From sequence record DRR723986_6138: a stretch of 35,147 bases of DNA; one strand, written 5' to 3'. The notes under the pieces were generated by a model, which searched no databases, was not told the DNA's origin, and saw nothing but the letters and a program-made list of their open reading frames with translations. This document shows, one piece after another, positions 9,749-18,719 of the stretch (positions are counted from its first letter, which is position 1; each line of letters starts with the position of its first letter). The position numbers and the translations under genes were made by a program.

Positions 9749-10117
9749 TCAGCGGTCCTTGGCTGGAACCGGAACGCGCTTCAACTGCGGAGCAAGCGGC
9801 TGCGCAGCCCGTTGCCACAGGGCGACAAGCGGGGCAAAGCGCACGGCCAGTGGCGGGTTGAGGTCGTGATGGGGCATTTCCAGCCCGTGACGGGGTGCAG
9901 GCACGGGCAATGTCCTGATGAAGGCTGCCCGGTCTTGCGGCGTGCCGGAAAAATGGTCGATACCACGGCGCGTGGCGGCAGAACCGGACAGAACGGACAA
10001 GAGGACGTCGTCGCCAAGGTCGGGTCGCTTCAGGACAGTCCTGATTTCTTCAAGCAGCTTACTGTCGGCAAAAAGGGTCGGACTGGTCGTCTGATCGATA
10101 CTCACATGCGATGTCAT
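9749..10117 (-). CDS. Small protein between opgG and opgH (OpgI-like)
   Basis: ATG 10117 overlaps the opgG stop (ATGA); its stop is 1 nt before the opgH ATG; Pro-rich PAPRHGLEMPHHDL motif. Confidence 0.65.
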   Translation of the reverse strand: MTSHVSIDQTTSPTLFADSKLLEEIRTVLKRPDLGDDVLLSVLSGSAATRRGIDHFSGTPQDRAAFIRTLPVPAPRHGLEMPHHDLNPPLAVRFAPLVALWQRAAQPLAPQLKRVPVPAKDR

Positions 10118-11706
10118 CTGTTCCCACTCCACTGATACATCCAGGTTTCCGTTACATCGGTGCCGTCGAGTTGCAGGGCGAGAATGAACTCGACCGGTAT
10201 TTCCTCGTCGTCCCGTGCGATATCGAGCACGGCACGCCAGCTGCCGCTTTCCAGCCGCTGGACGAACTGATGCTCCACCTTGCCGTTCTGCAGGGTCAGT
10301 CTCGGTGTCAGAGGAGCTTCCGCACCCATGTCACCCAGATTTCCGCCGGCAAATTCCACGACGAACTTGCGCAGTTTCGGGTCCGGATCCGAGGCAGCCG
10401 CGCCACCATGCCCTGTGCTGGTCGCGATTACCTGTGCCAGCTCGGTTCCCGGTTCCGGTTCCCGGCCCCAGATCATCCGATAGGCAAAGCGATGTTCGGA
10501 GCCTGCCTTGGCGCCGTTTTCCGGCACCCAGCAAGCAACGAGGTTGTCGTAGATCTCTTTTTCGGCCGGGATTTCCGCCAGCATGACCTGGCCGTTGCCC
10601 CAGTCGTTGATCGGCTCGATCCACAGCGACGGGCGGCGCTGATACTTGGCTTCCGTGTCCTGGTAATGATCGAAATTCCGGTCGCGCTGCAACAGGCCAA
10701 AGCCTGCCGGGTTCTCCTCGTTGAAAAAGGACAGGGCAAGCTTTTCCGGATTGCGGGCCGGCCGCCACAGACGCTGGCCATTCTGGCGCAGGATCAGGAG
10801 ACCGTCATTGTCATGAACTTCCGGGCGATAGTCGTCGAAGTTGGTGCGGTCGTTCTCGCCGAACAGATACATCGAAGTCAGTGGCGCAATTCCGAGGCGC
10901 TCGACATCGTCGCGCAGGAAAATGTGCGCATCCACTTCCACAACCGTGTTGATGCCCGGCTTGATCGTGAACTGGTAGGCACCGGCAACGCGCTCGCTCT
11001 CCAGCTCGGCATAGAGCCGCATTTCGGCAGCGCCGTCCGTCGGCCGCTCCAGATAGAACTTCGTGAAACGCGGAAACTCTTCCGGTCCGGCGATGGCCGT
11101 ATCGATCGCAAGTCCGCGTGCGGACAGGCCATAGACGTTGCCCTTGCCGAGCGCGCGGAAATAGCTTGCCCCCAGGAACACCACCAACTCGTCGAAATAC
11201 TCCGGAGTGTTCAGCGGATGGTGCAGGCGGAAGCCGGCGATACCCGGCAGATCCACATCCTTGAATTTTTCCGGATCCAGCGGCTCGCGATATTCAAAGT
11301 CCGCGCCGGTGAAGTGCAGTTCGCTGATATTGCCGTCGACGATCTCATAAAGTTCCACCGGCTCCTTGTAGAGCCAGCCCGGGTGGAACGCCTGCAGTTG
11401 ATAGTTGCTGCCGGTGTCCTTCCAGACGGACTTGTCGGGATTGAACCGGATTGCACGATGCTGGTCATAATCGAGATTGGCGAGGATTTCGGGAAGAGCC
11501 GGTACATCGGGCGCAAATGCGTTCCCGGCCTTTTCTTTCATGCGCTCGACGAGCGCGGAAAAGTTAAACTCTTCGCCTGCCGCAAAGGCTCCGCCTGTTT
11601 GTGCAGGTGCGGTATTCTCTGCTGCGAGTGCAGTGCGGATGTCCGCACCTGCCAGAGCACCGGCCGCCAGGGCCGTTGCCGATAAAAACGTGCGCCGATT
11701 GATCAC
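10114..11706 (-). CDS. opgG: Periplasmic glucan biosynthesis protein G/D family, Tat-exported
   Basis: Twin-arginine signal NRRTFL; LDYDQHRAIRF, FLGASYFRALG..YGLSARGLAIDT..EEFPRF, GIAPLTSMY, RPEVHD.DGL, TETWMYQW. GTG start. Confidence 0.93.
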   Translation of the reverse strand: MINRRTFLSATALAAGALAGADIRTALAAENTAPAQTGGAFAAGEEFNFSALVERMKEKAGNAFAPDVPALPEILANLDYDQHRAIRFNPDKSVWKDTGSNYQLQAFHPGWLYKEPVELYEIVDGNISELHFTGADFEYREPLDPEKFKDVDLPGIAGFRLHHPLNTPEYFDELVVFLGASYFRALGKGNVYGLSARGLAIDTAIAGPEEFPRFTKFYLERPTDGAAEMRLYAELESERVAGAYQFTIKPGINTVVEVDAHIFLRDDVERLGIAPLTSMYLFGENDRTNFDDYRPEVHDNDGLLILRQNGQRLWRPARNPEKLALSFFNEENPAGFGLLQRDRNFDHYQDTEAKYQRRPSLWIEPINDWGNGQVMLAEIPAEKEIYDNLVACWVPENGAKAGSEHRFAYRMIWGREPEPGTELAQVIATSTGHGGAAASDPDPKLRKFVVEFAGGNLGDMGAEAPLTPRLTLQNGKVEHQFVQRLESGSWRAVLDIARDDEEIPVEFILALQLDGTDVTETWMYQWSGNR

Positions 11707-11905
11707 GACGATTGGCCACCTTGTTGAAATTAAAGTGTTCTTTTTGGTTCACTTTTGAATGAGCACGCGCACTGCAGCAATTTTATGGAGAAAACCGGTC
11801 CAAAAAATGGCATTCCTGTGCAATGCAGCATCGTACGCTTGTTCGTTCGACTTTCAAACGTCCAAACAGCCGGTTGGTTTCATATTTTTTTGAAAAAAGT
11901 TCCGC

Positions 11906-13015
11906 TCAGATGCCGATTGTAACCAGCTGGGCAACGTAACTTCCGATTGCCATGGCCGATGTGAGGCCGGGGGATTCGATTCCGTAGAGCGTGACCAGAC
12001 CCGCAAGGCCATGATCTGACGGCCCGTCAATTCGGAAATCGGCCGCGGGTTCACCCGGACCGGCGATCTTGGGCCGGATGCCGGAATAGTCTGGCAAAAG
12101 TGCATCGTCCGGCAGGCCGGGCCAGTAGCTGCGGATGGCGGCATAGAACTTGTCGCCCCGGGCGGGATCCACCCTGTAGTCGGCAACCTCCACCCATTCG
12201 ACATCCGGACCGAAGCGTGCCTGGTGCTGCAGGTCGAGTGTCAGGTGAACACCGAGCCCGCCGGGTTCCGGCACCGGGTAGATGAGCTTGGAAAAAGGAG
12301 CCTTGCCCTGAAGCTTGAAATAACTGCCTTTTGCGAGGTAGGCGGCCGGTGGATTGGCACCCTCAAGCCCGGCAGCCAGGGCAGGTGCGCCGTGGCCTGC
12401 GGACAGGATCAACTCCTTGCAGGTGAGGGCATAGGTTTCCGTTCCCTCCGTTTCCGCATGCACCCGGTAACCGCCATCAGCCAGGGGCTCGAGGCGCGCA
12501 ACTCTCGTGTTCAGCACAACCTGACCGCCGTTAGCCTCGAGCTCTCCCTGTAGAGCCAGCATGAAACCGTGACTGTCGATGATGCCTGTGGAAGGGGAAT
12601 GCAGTGCGCCGGTGCAGGCAAGCTCCGGTTCGGCTTCGTTCAGGCTGTCCTGGTCCAGGAATACGAGATCTGTAACGCCGTTTTCCGCCGCTTTGCGACG
12701 GATTGACTGCAGTTGCTCCAACTGATCGTTATTGGACGCAACGATCAGTTTGCCAATCTGCTCGAAACCGACGCCATTCTCGGCACAAAACCGGTAAAGC
12801 CGTTCTTTGCCCTCCACACAAAAACGAGCCTTCAGGCTGCCCGTGGGATAGTAGATGCCCGCGTGGATGACTTCCGAATTGCGGGCGCTGGTTTCCGATC
12901 CGATCAGGTCATGCTGTTCCAGCACCATGACCTCGCGACCGGTCAGCGCCAGCTCACGTGCAATCGCAAGTCCAACGGCACCGGCACCGATAACGAGGGT
13001 TTCAATGTCATGCAT
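11906..13015 (-). CDS. FAD-dependent oxidoreductase, L-2-hydroxyglutarate oxidase (LhgO)-like
   Basis: VIGAGAVG; ETSARNSEVIHAGIYY..GSLKA; LIYPVP..GGLGVHLT; YSGIRPK; GIESPGLTS. Confidence 0.88.
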   Translation of the reverse strand: MHDIETLVIGAGAVGLAIARELALTGREVMVLEQHDLIGSETSARNSEVIHAGIYYPTGSLKARFCVEGKERLYRFCAENGVGFEQIGKLIVASNNDQLEQLQSIRRKAAENGVTDLVFLDQDSLNEAEPELACTGALHSPSTGIIDSHGFMLALQGELEANGGQVVLNTRVARLEPLADGGYRVHAETEGTETYALTCKELILSAGHGAPALAAGLEGANPPAAYLAKGSYFKLQGKAPFSKLIYPVPEPGGLGVHLTLDLQHQARFGPDVEWVEVADYRVDPARGDKFYAAIRSYWPGLPDDALLPDYSGIRPKIAGPGEPAADFRIDGPSDHGLAGLVTLYGIESPGLTSAMAIGSYVAQLVTIGI

Positions 13016-13059
13016 GGTGTTGCCGGCAATCCTGGTCGCGCGTTCTTTTCCTTGTCAGC

Positions 13060-13294
13060 CCGTCATGCCACGGCTTGCTCCAGACGTCGATGCTGGAATT
13101 GCGGATGGACACACGGGCCTGGCAGTCAAATCAACGAACTGCGCTCTGCCTTGGATTGAAACCCATAATCCACGCTCCGTTATTGCCGGGCTCGACCCGG
13201 CAATCCATCCGGTTCGTATGAGGAGCCGCAAGCATCAGCGAATAACGATGAAAGGGCGCGGCTTCAATGCCACGTTTGAGCCATGGCATGACGG
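13060..13294. repeat. Cluster of REP-like palindromic units
   Basis: CCGTCATGCCACGGCT (13060-13075) is a 15/16 inverted match to 13279-13294; internal hairpin ATTGCCGGG-CTCGA-CCCGGCAAT (13182-13204); imperfect hairpin ATGCCA...TGGCAT (13267-13289). Confidence 0.7.
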
Positions 13295-13460
13295 TGGAGG
13301 GATGTTTGCTCCAACCCAATTCACGCCAGGAAAATGCTCTAGAGGGGACTGCCGGCACAAGGCGGCGGCAATGTTATGGTCAGGCTGTGACGGACCGGAG
13401 AAAATCGGGTGTGCAGCCCCGGGCCGATGAAAGGTCCAGGGCGCATATCAACAAACGGGA

Positions 13461-14945
13461 TCAGCTCCACCAGGCTTCCGGTGAGAACGAGCCGGCGGCA
13501 TCTTCGATGACCTGACCGACCTGGAACAGGGTGCTTTCCTCAAAGGGTTTGCCGATCAGCTGAAGACCGAGCGGCAGGCCATTGTTGTCGAGGCCGGCCG
13601 GGACGGAAATGCCCGGAAGACCGGCCATGTTGACGGTCACGGTGAAGATGTCGTTGAGGTACATTTTCACCGGGTCGGAATGAAGGTCCTGGTCGGCAAC
13701 GCCGAAGGCTGCGGACGGGGTTGCCGGGGTCAGGATTGCGTCGACGCCGTTTTCCCAGGCCAGGTCGAAGTCGCGCTTGATGAGGGTGCGAACCTTCTGG
13801 GCCTTCAGGTAGTAGGCATCGTAGTAACCGGCGGACAGCACATAGGTGCCGATCAGGATACGGCGCTTGACCTCTTCCCCGAAGCCTGCTGCACGGGTGT
13901 TCTCGTACATCTCGACGATGTCCTTGCCCGGAACGCGAAGGCCGTAGCGCACACCGTCGTAACGGGCGAGGTTCGAGGAAGCTTCCGCCGGTGCCACGAT
14001 GTAGTAGGCCGGCAGGGCGTATTTGGTGTGCGGCATCGCAATGTCGACGATTTCCGCACCGGCATCCTTCAGCCAATCGATACCCTTCTGCCAGAGAGCT
14101 TCGATGTCGGCGGGCATGCCGTCCAGGCGATATTCCGCCGGAATGCCGATCTTGAGGCCCTTCACGGATTTGCCGATGGCCGCTTCATAGTCCGGCACGG
14201 GCAGATCGACCGAGGTGGTGTCCTTGGCGTCGACGGAGGCCATGGATTTCAGCATGATCGCGCTGTCCCGAACGGTGTGAGCAATCGGGCCGGCCTGGTC
14301 GAGCGAGGAAGCAAAGGCGACGACGCCCCAGCGGGAACAGCGGCCATAGGTCGGCTTGATGCCGACAGTGCCGGTGAACGCGGCCGGCTGACGGATGGAG
14401 CCGCCGGTGTCGGTTGCGGTGGCACCCATGCACATGCGGGCGGCAACGGCGGCGGCAGAACCACCGGAAGACCCGCCGGGGACGAGATCCTGGTTCGAGT
14501 TTTTCTTCCGCCACGGGTTGATCACCGGACCGTAATAAGAGGTCTCGTTGGAGGAGCCCATGGCGAACTCGTCCATGTTCAGCTTGCCGAGCATGACCGC
14601 GCCGTCGGCCCACAGGTTGGACGTAACAGTGGATTCATAAGCGGGTTTGAAGCCGTCCAGAATGTGGCTGCAGGCCTGGGTGTGTACGCCCTGGGTGGCG
14701 AAAAGGTCCTTGATGCCGAGCGGGATGCCTTCCAGCGCACCGCCTTCGCCCTTGGCAAGCTTGGCGTCGGATGCCTTTGCCATGTCGCGCGCCTTGTCGG
14801 TGGTCACGGTGACATAGGCATTCAGCTTTTCATTGGCGGCTTCGATGTTCTTGATGAAGGCATCGGTCAGTTCCAGGGACGTGTAGTCCTTGTTTTTCAG
14901 GCCTTCGCGGGCCTCGGCAATGGTCAGTTTGGTCAGATCGGTCAT
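13461..14945 (-). CDS. gatA: Asp/Glu-tRNA amidotransferase subunit A
   Basis: [84 protein letters not shown]. Confidence 0.98.
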   Translation of the reverse strand: MTDLTKLTIAEAREGLKNKDYTSLELTDAFIKNIEAANEKLNAYVTVTTDKARDMAKASDAKLAKGEGGALEGIPLGIKDLFATQGVHTQACSHILDGFKPAYESTVTSNLWADGAVMLGKLNMDEFAMGSSNETSYYGPVINPWRKKNSNQDLVPGGSSGGSAAAVAARMCMGATATDTGGSIRQPAAFTGTVGIKPTYGRCSRWGVVAFASSLDQAGPIAHTVRDSAIMLKSMASVDAKDTTSVDLPVPDYEAAIGKSVKGLKIGIPAEYRLDGMPADIEALWQKGIDWLKDAGAEIVDIAMPHTKYALPAYYIVAPAEASSNLARYDGVRYGLRVPGKDIVEMYENTRAAGFGEEVKRRILIGTYVLSAGYYDAYYLKAQKVRTLIKRDFDLAWENGVDAILTPATPSAAFGVADQDLHSDPVKMYLNDIFTVTVNMAGLPGISVPAGLDNNGLPLGLQLIGKPFEESTLFQVGQVIEDAAGSFSPEAWWS

Positions 14946-14957
14946 GGATTTGAACTC

Positions 14958-15431
14958 TCAGGCGGCCGCCAGCGGCCGGGAATAGAAGATGGAATAGGGA
15001 CTTTCGGGATAATCGAGCACCGGTCCGCAGCGGCTGAAGCCGGCTCGTTCATAGATGCGCCAGGCTGCCGGGTGTTTGTCGCCGGTTTCCAGAACGAGCA
15101 TGGAAATGCCCTCCCGGGTTGCCAGCTCAATGATCCGGTCCAGAATGCTGCTTCCCAGGCCGAGGCCCTGATAGGCCGGTCTGGTGTACATGCGCTTGAC
15201 CTCGGCAATGCCGTCAGCGTGCCGGTGCAGGGCACCGCAGGCAGCTGCCTTGCCGTCAATCCGTGCAACGAAGACAGTCGTTGCCTCGCCGGACATCTCT
15301 TCAGCCGTCATGTGGTAGCAGGCCTCGGGCGGGCTAAGTGTCAGCAGCAGGTCGTTCAGCTCGGCAATCATCTCACCCATGTCGGCAGACAGGGGCGTTT
15401 CGACGGCAATAGCTGGAACGGGTGCGATCAT
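14958..15431 (-). CDS. GNAT family N-acetyltransferase
   Basis: EVKRMYTRPAYQGLGLG acetyl-CoA motif; LVLETG....A..IYERAGF. Confidence 0.9.
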   Translation of the reverse strand: MIAPVPAIAVETPLSADMGEMIAELNDLLLTLSPPEACYHMTAEEMSGEATTVFVARIDGKAAACGALHRHADGIAEVKRMYTRPAYQGLGLGSSILDRIIELATREGISMLVLETGDKHPAAWRIYERAGFSRCGPVLDYPESPYSIFYSRPLAAA

Positions 15432-15445
15432 CCGGGTTCGTCCGC

Positions 15446-15733
15446 TTATTCGACGACTTTCGGCACCATGAAGAAATGATCTTCGGAGGCCGGTGCGTTC
15501 AGGGTGATGTCGGCAGCCTTGTTGCCGTCGGTCACGCCGTCAGCGCGCTTTTTCATGGTCTGTTCAACCACGGACGTCAGCGGTTCGACGCCGGAAATAT
15601 CGACTTCGTCCAGTTGCTCGACAAAGCCGAGAATGGCGTTCAGTTCGCCAGTCATGCGGGTCGCGTCTTCTTCGCTCACCTTGATGCGCGCCAGGCGGGC
15701 AACGCGTTTCACCGTATCGGTATCAACAGACAT
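15446..15733 (-). CDS. gatC: Asp/Glu-tRNA amidotransferase subunit C
   Basis: [17 protein letters not shown]...[18 protein letters not shown]...NAP....FFMVPKVVE (95 aa); RBS GAGGA. The ORF-track 227-aa version is over-extended. Confidence 0.97.
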   Translation of the reverse strand: MSVDTDTVKRVARLARIKVSEEDATRMTGELNAILGFVEQLDEVDISGVEPLTSVVEQTMKKRADGVTDGNKAADITLNAPASEDHFFMVPKVVE

Positions 15734-15854
15734 GTGTTCCTCGTCGTTACTGGTGCCTGAAGCGGAAATCCGCTCATGGCTTGCACTCTTCTTGCGGCGG
15801 CCGCGCGGGGAAGGCAAGAGCGCAGGCTTGCCTTGCGGGAGAAATCGGAATAAA

Positions 15855-15874
15855 TCGGTACCAATGAGAACCGA
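15855..15874. promoter_or_regulatory. Imperfect palindrome, candidate TetR operator upstream of darcynin-tetR
   Basis: TCGGTACCAATGAGAACCGA: TCGGT...ACCGA arms. Confidence 0.4.
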
Positions 15875-15889
15875 AATAGGTGTTTGCGC

Positions 15890-16273
15890 GTGATCCAGTG
15901 TTGCGAAACGATCCGGCCATTGCCGATGGCGGCCATCGTCTATCTGGCTTTCGAACCAGCCTGGCTGGCGCTCAGCCGCCAGGAAAGAGGCGAGATTGCC
16001 GGCCAGATCGGCACAATCCTGGCGCGTCATCCAGAGGTTGCTTTCGAGTGGTTCGACGCCGATGCCCTGGCTGGCGGGTATTCGGATTTTGCGATCTGCC
16101 GGTTTTCCGACATGCGCGCCTATCATCACTTGTGGGAGGAACTGCGCGACACGGTGATCTTCTCAAAACCCTATGCGCGGATCGTCAACGTGACGACCGG
16201 CATAGAGAATGGCTTTCAGGACTACGAGGCAAATCTTCAAAGTGCTGCGGTTGCGGAGGCTGGAGATGCCTGA
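15890..16273 (+). CDS. Darcynin family protein (start uncertain: 15884/15890/15926)
   Basis: [19 protein letters not shown]...WFDADA....SDF....SD..AY..L.EELRD..IFSKPY..IV....[10 protein letters not shown] matches the Darcynin pattern as I recall it. Confidence 0.75.
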   Translation: MIQCCETIRPLPMAAIVYLAFEPAWLALSRQERGEIAGQIGTILARHPEVAFEWFDADALAGGYSDFAICRFSDMRAYHHLWEELRDTVIFSKPYARIVNVTTGIENGFQDYEANLQSAAVAEAGDA

Positions 16274-16874
16274 GGAAGGCATTGCCGGCCGGCCGCGGGA
16301 AGGCCGGGTCAGCAAGGCGCTTCTGGAGGCCACGCTGATTGAGCTTGCCGAAAACGGCTACGAAAAGACGACGATTGCCGCCATTACGGCGCGAGCGCGC
16401 ACCAGCAAGCAGGCGGTCTACCGGCGCTATGCGGACAAGGGGGCGCTGATTGCGGCGTCTGTCGAAGCAGCTCTTGCCAGCGTGAACCCGGCACCGCCTC
16501 AGCGGGGCAGCGTTGCGGAGGATCTGCGGCAGTGTCTGTCGAACACCGTTGCGGCCTTGCAGGATACCGCGTTGGGCGCGGCGGTTCGGGCACTGGTTCC
16601 CTATCGAAGCAGGCCGGACCTTGCCGGCGTCCTCGATGAGGCGGAGACTGCAAGACGTCTGGTCCTGCGGCAGATCTTCATCGCGACCCCGTTCGAAGCT
16701 GACATGGAAGCGCGGATCGACCTGCTTCTCGGCCTCATCTATTTCCGCCTGCTGATCCGCAATATCAGGATCGAGACGAGGGACATAGAAACGGCCATCT
16801 ATCTGGTGCTGGGGCTGGTGGCACCGCGCCAACCCGTATCACGCCCGGATCTGCCGGGCCTCCCCGGATTGTGA
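16266..16874 (+). CDS. TetR/AcrR family regulator
   Basis: GRPR...ELAENGYEKTTIAAITARARTSKQAVYRRY; ATG at 16266 overlaps the darcynin 3' end. Confidence 0.9.
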   Translation: MPEEGIAGRPREGRVSKALLEATLIELAENGYEKTTIAAITARARTSKQAVYRRYADKGALIAASVEAALASVNPAPPQRGSVAEDLRQCLSNTVAALQDTALGAAVRALVPYRSRPDLAGVLDEAETARRLVLRQIFIATPFEADMEARIDLLLGLIYFRLLIRNIRIETRDIETAIYLVLGLVAPRQPVSRPDLPGLPGL

Positions 16875-17025
16875 AGTCAGCCGCCATCACGATTTTCTCG
16901 CCCGCCGTTAGCGGCTCTGTGATCAAGGGTGATTGGCCAAATTCTGCGGCAGAAGACATGTTTTTTTCCGCGTGGAGCGTTAGGCTTCACCTGATCACGC
17001 CATTCACACCCCAATGGAGACGCAC

Positions 17026-17520
17026 ATGCCGCTCTATACGTCCAAATCCGTTCTGCTGGGACTGACCGCGCTCTTCTCCGCTGCTGCCTTTACCGCTTCC
17101 GCTGATGAGATCACCACTTTTACCAAAGGCGGGGCTGCAATCGGCGGCACCGATCCGGTTGCCTATTTCACGGATGGCAAGCCTGTTGCCGGCTCCGATG
17201 AATTCACCGCAGAGTATGACGATGTGACCTGGAAGTTCTCTTCCGCGGAAAACCGTGACAAGTTCGTTGCCGACCCGGCGAAATATGCCCCTCAATACGG
17301 TGGCTTTTGTGCCTTCGGTGCCGCCATGGGTTTCAAGGTGCCGGTGGTGCCGGAAGCCTGGTCGATCGTCGACGGCAAGCTTTACCTGAACAACTCCCTG
17401 AAGGTGCAGGAGCGGTTCGAGGAAGATGTGCCGGGATATATCCGCAAGGCGACCCTCAATTGGGACATCATCAAGGAGAAGAACCCGGGCGATCTGAAAG
17501 AGCCGATCATCCGCGACTGA
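17026..17520 (+). CDS. Secreted YHS-domain protein
   Basis: Signal peptide; AIGGTDPVAYF, W.FSS.ENRDKF.ADP.KYAPQYGGFCAFG, WSIVDGKLYLN; RBS GGAG. Confidence 0.88.
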   Translation: MPLYTSKSVLLGLTALFSAAAFTASADEITTFTKGGAAIGGTDPVAYFTDGKPVAGSDEFTAEYDDVTWKFSSAENRDKFVADPAKYAPQYGGFCAFGAAMGFKVPVVPEAWSIVDGKLYLNNSLKVQERFEEDVPGYIRKATLNWDIIKEKNPGDLKEPIIRD

Positions 17521-17539
17521 TCTGCCGAGTGTTTTCATG

Positions 17540-17575
17540 GCCTGGGTCTGCCAATCGGCGGGCTCAGGCTTTTTT
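17540..17575 (+). terminator. Rho-independent terminator
   Basis: GCCTGGGTCTGCC-AATC-GGCGGGCTCAGGC followed by TTTTTT. Confidence 0.8.
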
Positions 17576-17713
17576 CCGGAATAACATGAACCGCGCACGC
17601 GCCATCCAGGCTAGGCGTTGCGCGAACCTGGCTCGGAACCGCGCAGGTCCCTTCTGCAAGGCGCCGTTACACTTTTCCGAAAGGCAGATCTTTAAATCGG
17701 CTATCGTCGATGT

Positions 17714-17742
17714 TAAATCTTGAGATTATAACTCAAGATTTA
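17714..17742. promoter_or_regulatory. Perfect AT-rich palindrome containing TGA-N9-TCA (RirA/IRO-box-like)
   Basis: TAAATCTTGAG-ATTATAA-CTCAAGATTTA (11-bp arms) immediately before the SIP gene. Confidence 0.65.
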
Positions 17743-18551
17743 TGAGGTCCTCCTTGGCCACTCCTGCGAAACGCCAGCCCAGATTTCTAACCGTCAAGTC
17801 GACGCACTACCTCAGTCCAAATCTTATCCGTGTCACCTTTGCCGGCCCGGAGTTGCAGGGTTTTCCCGAAGGGCACGAGGGCGCGAACTGCAAGTTGCTG
17901 TTGCCGCGCGACGGCGAAAGCCGCGAAGCCTTCGAAGCGCATTATGCGCCGGACGGGCCTTCCGAACGCGTCCATCCGGTTCGCACCTATACCGTCCGTT
18001 CTTTCCGCCGGGATACGCTGGAACTCGATATCGACTTTGTTGCTCACGGCGACGAAGGGCCTGCAACGCGCTGGGCACAGCGGGCGGCAGAAGGAGATTT
18101 CCTGGGTTTTCTCGGCCCAAGCCAGCCGAAAATCACCGAGTTTCATGCCGACTGGTATTTGCTGGCCGCAGACCTTTCGGCAATGCCGGTGGTCGAAGCG
18201 ACGCTGGAGGCTATGCCGCGCGAGGCAAGGGGTCTTGTCCTGTTCGAAGTTCCGTCAGAAGACGACAAGCGCGAGATTGCAGCACCAGAAGGCGTGGAAA
18301 TCAGATGGCTGGTCCAGGATAACCCGCATCTGCCTTCAACCGCGCAGGTTGACCTCGTGAAGTCTCTGGAATGGCCTGCGGGAACGATCCAGACCTGCAT
18401 TGCAGGTGAAAGCTCCGTCATTCGGGCTCTTCGGGATCATCTTCACAACGAACGGAAAGTGCCGAAGGCGGACACCTACATTTCGGGCTACTGGAAAATC
18501 GGGCTCGTCGAGGACGAGCATCAGCAGCTCAAACGGGCGGAAGCCGCCTGA
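17742..18551 (+). CDS. Siderophore-interacting protein (ViuB/YqjH-type ferric-siderophore reductase)
   Basis: LSPNLIRVTFAG, RTYTVR, LDIDFVAHG..GPATRWA, LLAADLSAMP, IAGE, ISGYWK. The true start may be TTG 17754 (GAGGT RBS). Confidence 0.93.
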   Translation: MRSSLATPAKRQPRFLTVKSTHYLSPNLIRVTFAGPELQGFPEGHEGANCKLLLPRDGESREAFEAHYAPDGPSERVHPVRTYTVRSFRRDTLELDIDFVAHGDEGPATRWAQRAAEGDFLGFLGPSQPKITEFHADWYLLAADLSAMPVVEATLEAMPREARGLVLFEVPSEDDKREIAAPEGVEIRWLVQDNPHLPSTAQVDLVKSLEWPAGTIQTCIAGESSVIRALRDHLHNERKVPKADTYISGYWKIGLVEDEHQQLKRAEAA

Positions 18552-18719
18552 GTCCTCTTGCTTGAATATCCCACTTCTCGCCGGTTGGGCTCGCTCCAAC
18601 CGGGGGGATGCAGAAGTCCGGTCTGACCGTGTGGTCGAATATCTGCCGGCGACCCAAATCTTGCCATCAACCTGAGATCCGTTAGATCTGTTGTTACAGG
18701 TCTTTCGGGAGGCATTCTC

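Noticed and set aside
9745..9751. Frameshifted opgH pseudogene
   Set aside because: A clean stop, an RBS and an ATG are present, and all OpgH catalytic motifs are intact.
7990..11685. 623-aa and 524-aa + strand ORFs
   Set aside because: Antisense shadows of opgH and opgG, expected from GC-rich codon usage.
11809..11823. Sigma-54 promoter TGGCAT...TGCA
   Set aside because: GG-GC spacing is 1 nt short and it points away from opgG.
11906..13015. Functional link between the LhgO-like oxidase and SerA-derived 2-hydroxyglutarate
   Set aside because: The genes are about 17 kb apart, the LhgO family is L-specific while SerA mainly yields the D form, and the substrate is unproven.
13680..15479. 599-aa + strand ORF
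   Set aside because: Antisense to gatA and the GNAT gene.
15734..16129. N-terminal extension of GatC (227-aa ORF)
   Set aside because: The true start with RBS is at 15733; the extension overlaps the darcynin gene on the other strand.
17026..17520. YHS protein as a selenoprotein
   Set aside because: The GGFCAFG Cys is encoded by TGT and there is no in-frame TGA.
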